Source: Mytilus edulis
Lineage: Eukaryota
Direction of reading: 5' to 3'
Assembly (NCBI RefSeq): GCF_963676685.1
Contig: NC_092353.1
Location: 8,494,001 to 8,558,000 of the forward strand
DNA length: 64,000 bases
Shown: positions 63,955 to 64,000 of the stretch, in pieces
Position numbering within the stretch: position 1 is the stretch's first letter
How the letters are laid out: the number at the start of each line of letters is the position of its first letter
The notes under the pieces: generated by a model
The model's database searches: none
Told to the model about the DNA's origin: nothing
What the model saw: the letters and a program-made list of their open reading frames with translations, nothing else
Position numbers and translations under genes: made by a program

Positions 63955-64000
63955 CTGCAAGAAAATTTCAATTTGTCAGAGCATTCACTTATATGTTGAT

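Overview
AT-rich, repeat-dense eukaryotic (metazoan) genomic DNA with one 155-N assembly gap. The repeat families look bivalve/Mytilus-like (inference). Two convergent spliced genes are largely invisible in the ORF track. (1) Minus strand: an apparently complete adhesion GPCR, about 24 coding exons, 63954 to 31519, ~1,850 aa. It has a signal peptide, a ~1,180-aa Thr/Ser mucin stalk encoded by one 3.54-kb exon built on a 60-bp VNTR, HRM, GAIN/GPS (HL|TNFAILM), 7TM and a PDZ-type C-terminus. (2) Plus strand: a 7-exon gene (6926 to 20843) for an uncharacterised Cys-rich single-pass membrane protein. A decayed BEL/Pao LTR retrotransposon (23629-29493) lies between them. Introns and intergenic DNA contain a CACTA-type element, a Tc1/mariner remnant, a Harbinger-type Myb/SANT ORF, Penelope-like RT fragments, Helentron-like elements, MITEs, long hairpins, a tRNA-derived element and a dispersed family of minimal hammerhead-ribozyme motifs. 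Exon models were built by hand from GT-AG sites and reading-frame phase and need RNA confirmation.
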